Virus genome (UHGV): UHGV-0117658
DNA length: 15,978 nucleotides
Reading direction: 5' to 3' (one strand)
Source of the DNA: a virus
The notes under the pieces were generated by a model that searched no databases, was not told the DNA's origin, and saw only the letters and a program-made list of their open reading frames with translations. A program made the position numbers and the translations under genes. Shown here piece after piece: positions 15,951 through 15,978 of the stretch. The first letter of the stretch is position 1, and every line of letters begins with the position of its first letter.

Positions 15951-15978
15951 TTAATAAGGCGCTCATAACATATTGATT

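Larger units (their letters stand above)
3651..15978. mobile_element. P2-family prophage-derived element (integration/immunity, replication, capsid and packaging modules), apparently defective; right end near or beyond the window edge, left boundary undetermined
   Basis: Collinear int-C-cox, replication, Q-P / O-N-M' organisation; M truncated and joined to a tfa fragment; no lysis or tail genes present in the window. Confidence 0.7.

Overview
This window is most of a P2-family temperate-phage-derived element that appears defective, flanked on the left by AT-rich accessory DNA. All calls rest on reading the supplied translations and sequence and on recalled protein-family signatures; no searches were run. 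Right to left: a P2-type tyrosine integrase (14936..15928) with TAGGG direct repeats at its 3' end, a 99-aa C-type repressor (14570..14869), a divergent Cox-like gene (14180..14461) across a repeat-rich switch region, an AT-rich small gene, a DEDDh 3'-5' exonuclease, and a large zinc-finger/TOPRIM/P-loop primase-helicase of the P4-alpha type rather than a P2 gpA initiator (10321..12978). Next come an AT-rich GT8-like glycosyltransferase (9533..10252), an Ogr/Delta-type zinc-finger activator (9118..9393), then the P2 capsid/packaging core: portal Q and terminase ATPase P on the + strand, scaffold O and major capsid N on the - strand. The small terminase gene M stops after about 76 codons and runs, in another frame, into the C-terminal part of a lambda-Tfa-like tail-fibre assembly gene, so the lysis and tail genes seem to be deleted. 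Downstream on the same strand is a translationally coupled three-gene operon of unknown function (1487..3661), then a roughly 270-bp array of TGTGAYGG octamer repeats, and a 5'-partial AT-rich acyltransferase-3 gene (1..995). The most interesting candidates are the unexplained three-gene operon, the iteron-like array, and the accessory genes in the Q-proximal and early regions.
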